Of a stretch of 64,000 nt of DNA, positions 39,400-49,600 are shown piece by piece. Under the pieces are notes generated by a model that did no database searches, had not been told where the DNA came from, and worked only from the letters and a program-made list of their open reading frames with translations. This DNA comes from Gammaproteobacteria bacterium (GTDB lineage Bacteria; Pseudomonadota; Gammaproteobacteria; Arenicellales; Poriferihabitantaceae), in the NCBI GenBank assembly GCA_024644945.1, contig JAHEGU010000010.1, positions 4,761 to 68,760 of the forward strand, in the 5' to 3' direction. Positions within the stretch are counted from its first letter, which is position 1, and each line of letters begins with the position of its first letter. The position numbers and the translations under genes were made by a program.

Positions 39400-40308
39400 T
39401 CAGTTGGGCAAGCTAGGGCTTACCTGGTCGGTAGCGATGCCTGATCCGCTGGGCTGCTTGAAGAATTTGAAAAACTCAGAGCTAGGATCAATGACCATCA
39501 GATCATCCTTGCTATTGAAAGTATTTCGATATGCATTCAGGGAGCGATAGAGATTGTAAAACTCACGGTCTTTTCCGAAGGCCTCGGCGTAAGTCGCAGT
39601 GGCAGTCGCATCACCTTCACCCCGAATTCTCTCCGCGTCTCGATTCGCGTTTGCCAGCATGATTTCACGCTGCCGATCGGCGTCGGCGCGGATTTTTTCC
39701 GCTTCTTCTTCACCTTGGGCTCTAAGCTCCTTAGCGACCCTTTGGCGTTCCGCCTGCATACGGTCATAAACCCGTTCGCTGATCGCGGGATCTAGATCCA
39801 CTCTTTTCAACCGCACATCGATGACCTCTATTCCCATCAATTTAGCTTCTTCTTCCATTGCCTTGCGCACAACCTCCATGATCTGTGCTCGATCCCCGGA
39901 AATCACATCCTGCACGGAACGTTTACCGAACTCCTGACGCAAGCTGTCATTGACACGCTGGGATAGTCGCGAACGTGCATTGCTCATCAGCCCTCCCAGA
40001 CGGGTATAGTATTCATATACATCATCTATTCGCCATTTAACGAAGGAATCCACGACCAGGTTTTTCTTTTCGGCGGTGAGGTAAAGCTCCGGATCAGCAT
40101 CCATGGTCTGAACCCGGGCATCAAAATACCTTATGTTGTTAATAAACGGCATTTTCCAGTTCAGGCCAGGCTGGATATCAGAATCCACGATTTCACCAAA
40201 CTTGAATTTAATCGCCCTCTCTCTTTCATCAACATAGTAAAAAACTGAAAACAAACCCGCGGCGATGATGCCGGCAAGAATCAGGAATACTGTACTTTTT
40301 GATTTCAT
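39400..40308 (-). CDS. hflC: FtsH protease modulator HflC (SPFH/band-7)
   Basis: N-terminal TM segment, SPFH domain, and the charged helical region ERQRVAKELRAQGEEEAEKIRADADRQREI. It directly follows hflK. Confidence 0.93.
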   Translation of the reverse strand: MKSKSTVFLILAGIIAAGLFSVFYYVDERERAIKFKFGEIVDSDIQPGLNWKMPFINNIRYFDARVQTMDADPELYLTAEKKNLVVDSFVKWRIDDVYEYYTRLGGLMSNARSRLSQRVNDSLRQEFGKRSVQDVISGDRAQIMEVVRKAMEEEAKLMGIEVIDVRLKRVDLDPAISERVYDRMQAERQRVAKELRAQGEEEAEKIRADADRQREIMLANANRDAERIRGEGDATATATYAEAFGKDREFYNLYRSLNAYRNTFNSKDDLMVIDPSSEFFKFFKQPSGSGIATDQVSPSLPN

Positions 40309-40311
40309 GGT

Positions 40312-41583
40312 CTAGTTTCTCCCTGATCGATCGACGGTGCGGCTGGAAGAGCGTAATCCTTGGGTGGACGGGCCGCTGGAAATTGAGTTATTTGAGCTAG
40401 AAAACCCGGAGTCAGCATCACTTGAAAGCGAATTGGCCCTTCGATTTATGAGCTGATCGAGCGGTAGGTACATAAGACTATTCCCGCCTTGCTGGTCAAT
40501 TACGATTTTACTTGATTGACTTAATACCTCTTCCATCGATTCAATATACAGACGGTCTCGGGTGACCTCGGGCGCCTTTGCGTATTCGTCCAGGACCTTG
40601 GTGAACCGTTCACTCTCACCTTCCGCACGCGCTGTAACGGAAGCCTTGTAAGCTTCAGATTCCTGCAAAATTCTTGCGGCAAAGCCCCTGGCGCGTGGAA
40701 TGATATCATTGGCATAAGCCTGGGCAAGGCTTTTCAGTCTCTCCTCATCTTCGCGAGCTTTTACCACATCATCAAACGCATCCTTGACCTGCTCAGGGGG
40801 CTGAGCATTCTGCATCTCTACCGACCGGATGTTTATTCCGGTGTCATATCTATCCAGAATTTCTTGGACCAAAGTTTTTGTTTCCGCGGCCAGCTGTGCT
40901 CTTCCCTCGGTTATCGCAAAGTCCATGGTATTACGTCCGACAATTTCTCTTACCGCGCTTTCAGTCGCCCCTCGGACAACGCTGTCAGCCATTTCACGAG
41001 GACTGTATTCGCTCACCTCAAACAGCAAATTGGCGGGATCCTTCACGTCATACTGGACCGCAAATCTAACGTCGATGATGTTCTCATCCTGGGTCAGCAT
41101 CAAAGCTTCCCGCGGCACAGACTGCACCCCTCGCCCGGTATCCCGATAGCCGACTTCGACCGTATTAACATTCTGAGTATTGACCTTTTCAACCGATTCG
41201 ATCGGAGTGGGCCAATGCCACCTCAAACCGGCTTCCTTGGTTTCAGAGTAAGCGCCAAAACGGAGTTCGAGAGCCTGCTCTCCCTGGTCAACGGTGTAAA
41301 ACCCACTGAAAAACCAGACACCCAAACCAATCAACAGCAAAACACCTATAGTACCACTGCTCGGGCCATCTCCACGGCGCTCTCGCCCTGAACCGCCACC
41401 ACCACCACCGCGGCGACCACCAAATAAAGAATCTATTCGGTTTTTCGCATCACGCAGTACCTCGTCTATATCCGGAGGGCCATCTCGACCTCCGCCACCC
41501 TTTCGGCCATTGCCGTTCTGGCCATTATTCTGACCCCAAGGGTCGCGGTCGTCACCGCCAGATCCTGGTTGATTCCAAGGCAT
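40312..41583 (-). CDS. hflK: FtsH protease modulator HflK (SPFH/band-7)
   Basis: MPWNQPGSGG...Gly/Arg-rich N-terminus typical of HflK, a TM segment (IGVLLLIGLGVWFFSGFY), an SPFH domain and ARGFAARILQESEAYK. Confidence 0.93.
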   Translation of the reverse strand: MPWNQPGSGGDDRDPWGQNNGQNGNGRKGGGGRDGPPDIDEVLRDAKNRIDSLFGGRRGGGGGGSGRERRGDGPSSGTIGVLLLIGLGVWFFSGFYTVDQGEQALELRFGAYSETKEAGLRWHWPTPIESVEKVNTQNVNTVEVGYRDTGRGVQSVPREALMLTQDENIIDVRFAVQYDVKDPANLLFEVSEYSPREMADSVVRGATESAVREIVGRNTMDFAITEGRAQLAAETKTLVQEILDRYDTGINIRSVEMQNAQPPEQVKDAFDDVVKAREDEERLKSLAQAYANDIIPRARGFAARILQESEAYKASVTARAEGESERFTKVLDEYAKAPEVTRDRLYIESMEEVLSQSSKIVIDQQGGNSLMYLPLDQLINRRANSLSSDADSGFSSSNNSISSGPSTQGLRSSSRTVDRSGRN

Positions 41584-41821
41584 AGGAAATATTACCGTGT
41601 TAATTTTAAATGAAGAATTGTACTGTATTTGGGGGCTGCCCCGTGAGCTTCAAGCAAACTTGCTTGCAACAACTCAAACTCGGTACTGCAGGATTACCGC
41701 GGTTACTTTACGTCGGCCCGGCAAACAGAATAAAATCAATTCATAATATATAAATACAGAGAATGTGGATGCCGACCTTTTCGGTCCAGGAACAACTTAA
41801 ATTATCCACAGCAGGGGTAAG

Positions 41822-43231
41822 TCAGGTGCCGGCATTCCCCTTCTCCAAATTGAGCTGCTTGAGCTTGCGTGTGAGGGTATTCCGACCCCAGCCGAGCAGT
41901 TCAGCGGCTTTTTGCTTGTGACCTCGGGTATGTGCCATGGCCACCTGGATAAGCGCAGATTCAAACTGCGTGCCCAGGCTCTGCATTAGTTTTTTCTCCC
42001 CAGAATCCAATTTCTGGGCCGCCAGAGAAGATAATAGTACCTGCCAGCCATCTGATTCGGTTTGCTGCTCAAGAATTTCCTGGGGTAGATCTTCAACCTG
42101 TATAGTATTGCTAGGCGCCAGCACTGAGAGTCGTTTCATCAGATTCTCAAGCTCTCGGACGTTTCCCGGCCAGCGATAGTTTTGCAGTGCACGTAACGCT
42201 TCCGGTGCACAATGCTTTCTCTCCCCTCCGGCATCGGTTGCAGATTGCCTCATGAAATGATTGATCAGTAAAGGAATATCCCCACGACGTTTTCGCAGCG
42301 GCGGAGTATTGATCGAAATTACGTTAAGACGATGAAACAAGTCGTTTCGGAACTCTCCGGTATCAACCAGGGATTCAAGATCCTGGTTAGTTGCGGCGAT
42401 CACACGAACGTCCACGCGGACCTCTTCTCGACCACCCACACGATAGAAACGACCTTCAGATAGCACTCGAAGCAAACGGGTTTGAAGTCCCGCCGGCATA
42501 TCGCCGATTTCATCGAGAAACAGCGTGCCACCGTTGGCCTGTTCAAATCTTCCAATGTGTCGATGATGCGCTCCGGTAAATGCTCCTTTTTCATGGCCAA
42601 ACAGTTCTGACTCAAGCAGCTCCGCCGGAATCGCAGCGGTATTTATTGCGATCATGGGACGCTCAGCTCGTGGGCTGTTTTGATAGATTGCCTCGGCGAC
42701 TAGTTCCTTACCAGTTCCAGATTCACCCCGTATCAGAACATTCATCTCCGAGGTAGATAGACGGCCGATAATCCTAAATACCTCCTGAATAGGCGCGCTT
42801 TCACCCAGCATCAGATTAGTATGATGAGATACCTCAAGGCCCTCAGTGTAAACCTCTGCCTGCCGCCAGGCGCGTTCCACCAAAGAAACCATTTCGTTAA
42901 CATCGAATGGTTTGGTCAAATATTCAAATGCACCGTGTTTATAGGACTCGACAGCGCTGTCGAGATCTCCAAACGCAGTCATGATAATCACCGGCAGGTC
43001 CGGCATTTTTTGCTTAAACTGTTCTAGGAGCGCAAATCCGCTCATCCCGCCCATCCTGATGTCCGAGAGCATGACATCAGGTTTCGCTAACGTAGAATTT
43101 TCCAGAGCAACTAGCGCCTCCTCTGCATTCTCAAATCTTTCAACTGCGCAACCCGCTCTCGTCAAGGCCTTTTCAATCACCCACGAGATCGATGCATCAT
43201 CATCCACAACCCAGACAGTGTTACTAATCAT
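41822..43231 (-). CDS. glnG: Nitrogen regulation response regulator NtrC (sigma54 activator)
   Basis: Receiver domain (VWVVDDD...DVMLSDIRMGGMSG). AAA+ domain with GESGTGKE and the sigma54-contact motif EKGAFTGA. C-terminal Fis-type HTH (AAELLGWGRNTLTRKLKQ). Confidence 0.95.
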   Translation of the reverse strand: MISNTVWVVDDDASISWVIEKALTRAGCAVERFENAEEALVALENSTLAKPDVMLSDIRMGGMSGFALLEQFKQKMPDLPVIIMTAFGDLDSAVESYKHGAFEYLTKPFDVNEMVSLVERAWRQAEVYTEGLEVSHHTNLMLGESAPIQEVFRIIGRLSTSEMNVLIRGESGTGKELVAEAIYQNSPRAERPMIAINTAAIPAELLESELFGHEKGAFTGAHHRHIGRFEQANGGTLFLDEIGDMPAGLQTRLLRVLSEGRFYRVGGREEVRVDVRVIAATNQDLESLVDTGEFRNDLFHRLNVISINTPPLRKRRGDIPLLINHFMRQSATDAGGERKHCAPEALRALQNYRWPGNVRELENLMKRLSVLAPSNTIQVEDLPQEILEQQTESDGWQVLLSSLAAQKLDSGEKKLMQSLGTQFESALIQVAMAHTRGHKQKAAELLGWGRNTLTRKLKQLNLEKGNAGT

Positions 43232-44295
43232 AATTGTTGCCCCTGAAGCTGAAGGTGCACCGGCAGGAACAGTCGAAAGACGGTCTGACCGGGTTTGCTC
43301 TGAAAGTCCAACGCACCATTATGCTGTGTAACGATCTCTGCTGTGATAGGTAGACCCAACCCAGTGCCGTTCGATTTGCCTGTGACCATTGGATCGAAAA
43401 TTCTCGTCTCGAGATCACCATCTATTCCTTCCCCATTATCGATTATGTCTACTCGCACTACCTGTTTCCTGGCCCCCTCGACAACCATATAATCAATACG
43501 TGTACGTAGCTGAATGACTCCTGTAACTCCCATTGCTTCAACCGCTTCAGCGGCGTTTCGAAGCACGTTCATGATTGCCTGAGTGAGCAGATCTTGATTT
43601 CCTGTCACGGCTGGAAGACTCGGATCGTAGTCGATCTCCATCTTAAATAACGGCTCACCGTCCGCCATCACAAGCTGCCGCACATGCTCAATGACTTGAT
43701 GAATGTTGACTCGTTGTTCAAGGTCTGCGCGGGTCTGAGACTGCATACGGTTCACAAGGTTAGTCAGTCTATCGGCTTCTCGAATAATGATTCTGGTGTA
43801 CTCTATAATTTCTTCGCTTCCGGCTTCATCAGCCAGAAGCTGCGCAGCACCTCGAATACCGCCTAAGGGATTTCGAATTTCATGTGCCAAGCCGCGGATA
43901 ATGGCTTGGTTGGACTGCTGACGCTGCAAAAACTCCTCATCCCGGGCTATTTTGCTCACACCTTCAATTTCGTTCAGTTCCAGCATCAACATTGCCCCAT
44001 CATCAAGATCAATCCGATTGATAATGCAATCGACCTGTCTCTCTGTAACATGAGATGTCAGCGTCAATTCATGATTTCTCAATCTCATTTCACCACTGCC
44101 TTCAAGCACTTTCTTACATGCGGTAAGCAACTGCTGATCAGCAAGAATAAGTTTAGATATCTGCAGACCACTGGCTCGATTCAGGCTCGTATTCATCAGC
44201 GTTTCGGCGGATTCATTCAAGTATTGGACACAATAATCTCGGTCGAGCAACACGACACAAGTAGATTGGTTATGCAGTATCCGAGAGCAATCCAT
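43228..44295 (-). CDS. glnL: Nitrogen regulation sensor histidine kinase NtrB
   Basis: PAS-like N-terminus, H-box GLAHEIRNPLGGIRGAAQLL, N-box NVLRNAAEA, G-boxes DNGEGI and GTGLGL. 4-nt overlap with ntrC. The track start is TTG 44298 and the next codon is ATG (44295). Confidence 0.93.
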   Translation of the reverse strand: MDCSRILHNQSTCVVLLDRDYCVQYLNESAETLMNTSLNRASGLQISKLILADQQLLTACKKVLEGSGEMRLRNHELTLTSHVTERQVDCIINRIDLDDGAMLMLELNEIEGVSKIARDEEFLQRQQSNQAIIRGLAHEIRNPLGGIRGAAQLLADEAGSEEIIEYTRIIIREADRLTNLVNRMQSQTRADLEQRVNIHQVIEHVRQLVMADGEPLFKMEIDYDPSLPAVTGNQDLLTQAIMNVLRNAAEAVEAMGVTGVIQLRTRIDYMVVEGARKQVVRVDIIDNGEGIDGDLETRIFDPMVTGKSNGTGLGLPITAEIVTQHNGALDFQSKPGQTVFRLFLPVHLQLQGQQL

Positions 44296-44329
44296 CAAAT
44301 CACTTGAAACCGGTCAATCGCACAAAGTA

Positions 44330-44346
44330 TGCACCAACATGGTGCA
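44330..44346. promoter_or_regulatory. NtrC operator in the glnA-ntrB intergenic region
   Basis: TGCACCAACATGGTGCA is a perfect match to the NtrC consensus TGCACCA-N3-TGGTGCA. The full palindrome is GTATGCACCA-ACA-TGGTGCATAC. It lies about 32 bp upstream of the ntrB ATG. This is the same logic as NtrC autorepression of glnLp in E. coli. Confidence 0.7.
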
Positions 44347-44355
44347 TACCTGGTT

Positions 44356-44384
44356 AAAAAAACGCCCCCTTTTAGGGGGCGCCG
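44356..44384 (-). terminator. Intrinsic terminator after glnA
   Basis: The minus strand reads GGCGCCCCC-TAAAA-GGGGGCG-TTTTTTT. A 7-bp G/C stem is followed by 7 U, beginning about 9 nt after the glnA stop. Confidence 0.85.
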
Positions 44385-44392
44385 CAAAATCA

Positions 44393-45799
44393 TTAAACGC
44401 TATAGTACATATCGAACTCAGCGGGATGCGTGGCCATCCTAAGACGCTGAACCTCTTCCATCTTGAGCTCAATGTAAGCATCAATCGAATCATCACTGAA
44501 TACACCGCCTGCCAACAGAAATTCGCGATCCTGATCCAAATTCTCTAAGGCCAGGTCGAAACTGTGCGCGACGGTGGCGATCTTTTTCTCTTCTTCAGGG
44601 GGCAAATCGTATAAGTCTTTGTCGCCAGGCTCTCCAGGATGGATTTTATTTTGAATTCCATCAAGTCCGGCCATTAACATCGCGGTAAATGCCAAATACG
44701 GATTCGCGGTGGAATCCGGGAATCGAATTTCAATCCGGCGACCCTTTGGATTGGGAACATGAGGTATACGACAAGATGCCGAGCGATTTCGTGCGGAGTA
44801 GGCTAACAATACTGGCGCTTCAAAACCGGGCACCAGGCGCTTGTAACTATTGGTGCTTGCGTTGGCAAAGGCATTGATTGCGCGTGCATGCTTAAAAATA
44901 CCACCAATATAATAGAGCGCCGTTTCACTCAAACCGCCGTACTGATCGCCGGCAAATACGTTTTCTCCTGCTTTAGAAATGGATTGATGCACATGCATTC
45001 CGCTTCCATTATCGCCGACAATGGGTTTTGGCATAAATGTCGCGGTCAATCCATGGGCATGCGCCACGTTGTGGACCACGTACTTGTATATTTGCACTTC
45101 ATCAGCTTTGGTGACTAGCGTATTGAACTTACACCCTATCTCGCCCTGACCCGCAGTGCCAACTTCATGGTGATGAACTTCTACTTCCAAACCCATTTCA
45201 GCCATGGTCAAGCACATCATAGATCGAATATCCGATTGGCTGTCTACCGGCGCGACTGGAAAGTATCCACCCTTAACTCCAGGGCGGTGGCCTATATTGC
45301 CGTCCTCATAATCCTTGGACGAATTCCACGAGGCTTCCGAGGAATCGATTTCATAGAATGAATGTCCCATTTCGTTGCCCCAGTGAACGGAATCGAACAG
45401 GAAGAATTCATTCTCAGGACCAAAGTAGGCGGTATCGCCAATTCCCGTTGAAGCAAGATAAGATTCAGCGCGTTTGGCAATTGAGCGTGGATCACGTTCA
45501 TAGCCTTGCATGTTCGATGGTTCGATCACATCGCAGCGCAGGTTAACGGTGGTATCTTGTGTGAAGGGGTCAATTACAGCGCTACTGGCATCAGGCATTA
45601 GAATCATGTCCGATTCATTAATCCCCTTCCATCCAGATATTGAAGATCCGTCAAACATTTTTCCCTCTTCAAACAGATCTTCATCCACGATAGTGGCCGG
45701 CACGGTAACATGCTGTTCCTTGCCCTTGGTGTCGGTAAAGCGAAGATCAACAAACTTTGCGTCGCTATCCTTCAATAATTTCAGTACTTCTGCAGACAT
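44393..45799 (-). CDS. glnA: Glutamine synthetase type I
   Basis: [23 protein letters not shown], the adenylylation-site context [10 protein letters not shown], and C-terminal [11 protein letters not shown]. 468 aa. Confidence 0.97.
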   Translation of the reverse strand: MSAEVLKLLKDSDAKFVDLRFTDTKGKEQHVTVPATIVDEDLFEEGKMFDGSSISGWKGINESDMILMPDASSAVIDPFTQDTTVNLRCDVIEPSNMQGYERDPRSIAKRAESYLASTGIGDTAYFGPENEFFLFDSVHWGNEMGHSFYEIDSSEASWNSSKDYEDGNIGHRPGVKGGYFPVAPVDSQSDIRSMMCLTMAEMGLEVEVHHHEVGTAGQGEIGCKFNTLVTKADEVQIYKYVVHNVAHAHGLTATFMPKPIVGDNGSGMHVHQSISKAGENVFAGDQYGGLSETALYYIGGIFKHARAINAFANASTNSYKRLVPGFEAPVLLAYSARNRSASCRIPHVPNPKGRRIEIRFPDSTANPYLAFTAMLMAGLDGIQNKIHPGEPGDKDLYDLPPEEEKKIATVAHSFDLALENLDQDREFLLAGGVFSDDSIDAYIELKMEEVQRLRMATHPAEFDMYYSV

Positions 45800-45867
45800 T
45801 CTTATAAACCTCGTGGGATCATCAAATTGGAAAATGGGTGACCGTCAATACGGCCTGCAATCGACTT

Positions 45868-45883
45868 AGCAATTTGCATGCCA
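45868..45883 (-). promoter_or_regulatory. Sigma-54 (-24/-12) promoter of glnA (glnAp2-like)
   Basis: The minus strand reads TGGCAT-GCAAA-TTGCT, which is GG-N10-GC with the TGGCA/TTGC flanks. The GC element lies about 70 nt upstream of the glnA ATG, and a GAGG Shine-Dalgarno sequence lies 10 nt before the ATG. Confidence 0.75.
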
Positions 45884-45952
45884 AACTATTAAATCGCTAA
45901 AGATCAGCAGGTTAAGCTCATTAAATTTAAAAATTTTCAGTCAAACGCACAA

Positions 45953-46606
45953 TTATAGTGCACTATATGCATTTTTTGCATGTATTTGGTGCAAATTATT
46001 GTTTGGCCTCGCGGACTTGTTGGATTTCCATACTAAAATGCGATTATTTGCCGGCATTTCGATATCCGTTTCGAGTCTCATGCCGCTTCGCTTCGCGAGC
46101 TCCACTAACTCAACATCGTCCCTTACTCCCATGTGCGGCGCTGCCAGCTGCAAGGATCGATGAAACCGCTGGTTACTCTCGCTGGTAAATACTCCATTTC
46201 GATTGAATGGGCCATACAGGATGAAAACACCGTCAGTAATTATCTGCCCAACCCCGACAAACATCGCTTCAACAGCATTCCATGACATGATGTGCGCGGT
46301 ATTGGCTGAAAAAACGCTGTCTGCATCAATCTGACGCCATTGAAAAGTCTCTGCTTCCAGCTCGATCGCAGGTAGTAAATTGGGCAGGCAAGCGTCCACT
46401 ATTCTTCTGTTAATCACTGGATGGTGCTCTTTCTGATCAGCACATTGCCAGGTTACTGTTGACAGATTTTCTGCAAAAAATACTGCATGCTGCCCGGTTC
46501 CGGACCCGACCTCCAGCACCGTCTCACCATCTTTAATCCATTTACGAAGTACTTCCAGTATTGGTCCTTTGTTATTCTCACAAGCCTGGCTGAAAGGGAG
46601 TTCCAT
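45953..46606 (-). CDS. DUF938-type SAM-dependent methyltransferase
   Basis: ENNKGPILEVL...VLEVGSGTGQHAVFFA (SAM motif I), then ...DSVFSANTAHIMSW and GVFILYGPFN. 217 aa. The family assignment is from memory of class-I MTase-like DUF938 proteins. Confidence 0.7.
   Translation of the reverse strand: MELPFSQACENNKGPILEVLRKWIKDGETVLEVGSGTGQHAVFFAENLSTVTWQCADQKEHHPVINRRIVDACLPNLLPAIELEAETFQWRQIDADSVFSANTAHIMSWNAVEAMFVGVGQIITDGVFILYGPFNRNGVFTSESNQRFHRSLQLAAPHMGVRDDVELVELAKRSGMRLETDIEMPANNRILVWKSNKSARPNNNLHQIHAKNAYSAL
45977..45993. promoter_or_regulatory. NtrC enhancer site upstream of glnAp2
   Basis: TGCATGTATTTGGTGCA has a perfect 3' half-site TGGTGCA and a 5' half-site TGCAT. It is centred about 128 bp upstream of the predicted sigma54 start. 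A weaker TGCAC-TATA-TGCA element lies next to it at 45959-45971. Both lie within the 3' end of the upstream methyltransferase gene. Confidence 0.55.
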
Positions 46607-46611
46607 AGCGG

Positions 46612-49600
46612 CTACTTTTTATCCTCGTCCGCAACCTTGTCCAGAATCCTGTCCCGATCGGGGTCAATTTCACCCCGGGCAATATCGCAGACCTCGGAAT
46701 TTGCTCGCTGTCTGTCCAGCAAGCCTTGGGCTACCAGGGATAGTCCACTTGAAAAAATGGCCGCCCCAATGGCCGCGCCTGATTGGAGAAAACCTTCCAT
46801 ATCCGCCTCGATATCAAGATCCGACAATGTCCCCCCAACTCTTGTCATCTTGGCAACTGTGGACGGACTGATCCCAAATCCTTTTCTTGGTTTGGGCGCA
46901 ATCACCAATTCGACTTCCTCATCGGGAAAACTGATTTCGCCCCCTCCCAGAACGGTAACCCGATCCGTTTTCAAAGCCAGACCATTACGGGTAATCGCCT
47001 TGCCGTTTTGTATATCGAAGTGTATAACGCCACACTCTACCTCGACAAAATCTTCCCGCGCTGAATAAGGATTAACAGCTGTGAGCACATTTGTAAGCAG
47101 ATCACCGCCTATCGTATCGAGTGTATTACTCTGAATTCTCGATCCGCTAATTTCTAACTTAATCGCACCATTTCCAGTCCTAGCCAACTCTCCCAGGGAG
47201 CTTCCCAGGCCCGTCAGAGAAATATCCGCATCGAAGGTGCCACCTAGAAATAGATCCCCTTCGGCCAGCGACTGTATCGACTGCACCGGAACTTGCTTTG
47301 CTTTCAATTGTATTTCGCTTTGGCCTAATGGATGAATCCGGGCTAAGCCTTTAATGATGCTTTCACCTGTAACGCTGCCAAAATGCAAACGTAACTCCCC
47401 TCGGTTAAATATGGTTGTTGTATTGAAATCTTTCATTGCAATAAAATTATTGCGAAATGAGTTGATCTCGAGAAGAATTTTGCCATCAATCTTCTGCATC
47501 CATTGTGGAACCAGGGAATCATTTGAAAAAATCCGACCTCGCCTTTTCTCAACCACAAAGAGAGTTTTTAAGTCAAGTCGCTCAGCTTTGGCATCGACAT
47601 TAAGTATCGGACGACCATTCTCCGTGTCTGTCCAAAAAACCGAACCGCTCGCTATACTGTCGCCAGCCTCAACCTTGCCCGTTGCACTAAGCCCTTGTGG
47701 ATTTAACGTCAGCACTAGATCCGCATTCAGCTCATTTTCCGGGGCAATGTTATGCTCAAATGGTATCAACTCAGCTAAATCATCGGCTTGCAACCGGACG
47801 CTGAATTTGTCGGCTTTTAGAGGAACGAGTTCAAGCGCAGCCCCTTTAACCTTCAATTCAGATCCGCTCAGCGACACGCTGGCATCAATATCGCGAATCT
47901 GATTTTCTGCCGGAAGGGCTACACTAAATCTCACATCGAGTTCCTCAACCTGTGGAATATTGTATTGCGCTGCAATCGCAGGCAACCGATCGGGTTCACC
48001 CAGAATATGAACCTCGAGCAAACCTTGTATTGGCTGCAGACGGTCAATATCACCAGAAATCGATACCTTGGCGCCATTCCAGGAAGTCTGGGCCTGCAGT
48101 TGTTCTATCGACCAGACTGATCGTGATTGCGATAAAAGATTGCCGCTAACTCTAATCGCTGCAGACTCTTCCTGTAACGGTTTCAACGCATCCATCCCTG
48201 GAAGAGTCGCTATGAGTTCGCTGGTGCGGGTCTCTAGTGCAAAGGGCAAATATGCCTGACTCCCCGGACCAATGTTATCAATAGAACCGTCCACATGCAG
48301 TCTGCCTGCACCTGTTGTAGTGCGCGCAACAAGTTCCTCAAGATTCCAGATTCCCTCTCCCTCACCAACCAGTTTTGCACTAAATGCAACCGGACCAATT
48401 CTAGGCAGATAAACATCAAGTGCTTCCCCTAGCTTGATTTCATCGATCATCTCCCCATCAAACTTAATCTCCAGTCTACCAGGATTCTGTAAATTCGGAA
48501 TCTCACCGCTGCCCTGGGCAAAATACCCGGGACCGGTCGTTTCCGCGGTCACGATAGTCATCCTTACATTTTGCCCGCCCACAAGAATTTCCGATTCGAT
48601 CTCGAAGGTTTCCGGTTCAGGAATTAATGGAGAACCAGGTAGCACAGCCTTATTATCCTCAAAGAACCGAGATGACGCTCTCGCTGCAACAGTCAATCTC
48701 CCCTGCTGATCCAGGCCAATATGCCGCAGGTAACCCTCGCCTTGAAGTGAAATTGGTGCCTCCAGATTGGAAACTGAAATATCTTCCAGGGAAAAGCTGC
48801 CATCCGTTCTATGCAAATCTGCCTTGCCGGTGATCAATCCTGCAGCCGGCCAGGACTTGCCTACTGATTGACCCAATGCCGACAGGTCGTTAAGTTCAAG
48901 TCTTATTGGCAATGGTTGTTGCCAGGTGCCGGTAAGGTCGAGAATCTCGCCAGGTGCAGTAAGCGTCATGAAATCCGTTTTCACAGTCGCAACAGCGAGA
49001 TCGAGAGTCAGATCACCTGATTCTCCGCGCAAGGTTGCATCGATTTGAGCGTTCAAGGGCGGGGCAAAAGACCAGCTCTGACTAATTTTTCGAACATCAA
49101 AACTGCTGTCCGCTCCAATTTGCAACTCAATTCGCTCCAGTCGGGAAAGTTTTTCAACTTTTCCGCTTAGATCCAATTCAATACCCCACAGCGAAAAATC
49201 ACCCTCAATACTTTGCAACTCCATACTGCTTGCGGTTTCTGGTTGATAGAACCTTGCCATAGCCTCGATGTTGCTGATATCCAAAGGCTGTTTTGGGAAC
49301 AATGCGGACAAGTATCTAAGCCGATCGATACTGGCTTTGAGCGTCGCGTCAATTCCACTCCAGGCCAGCACATCTTGCACCGTGCCCTGAGCGGATATTC
49401 GACCAGAAGCCGCCATAGTTGCGCGCAAGTCAGCCTCCGAAGGTGACCTTGCAAACAATGTGCGTATGGTTCCAAGACTGCCAACTATGTTGGTCTGAAC
49501 ACCCTCAAGGCTTCCATCTGCCTTAATTTCAATCGGCTGATCCCGACCGTCACTACTCAGCAGGACGTTATCAAGATTGATTTCCCAATCCCGTTTTGGA

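Noticed and set aside
40864-41391. 175-aa ORF antisense to hflK.
   Set aside because: It lies inside the conserved SPFH domain coding region of hflK and has no recognisable features.
46487-47902. 193-aa and 182-aa ORFs antisense to the DUF938 methyltransferase and AsmA-like genes.
   Set aside because: They overlap well-supported long ORFs, their translations are Ser/Pro/Arg-rich low complexity, and they have no start context. Shadow ORFs.
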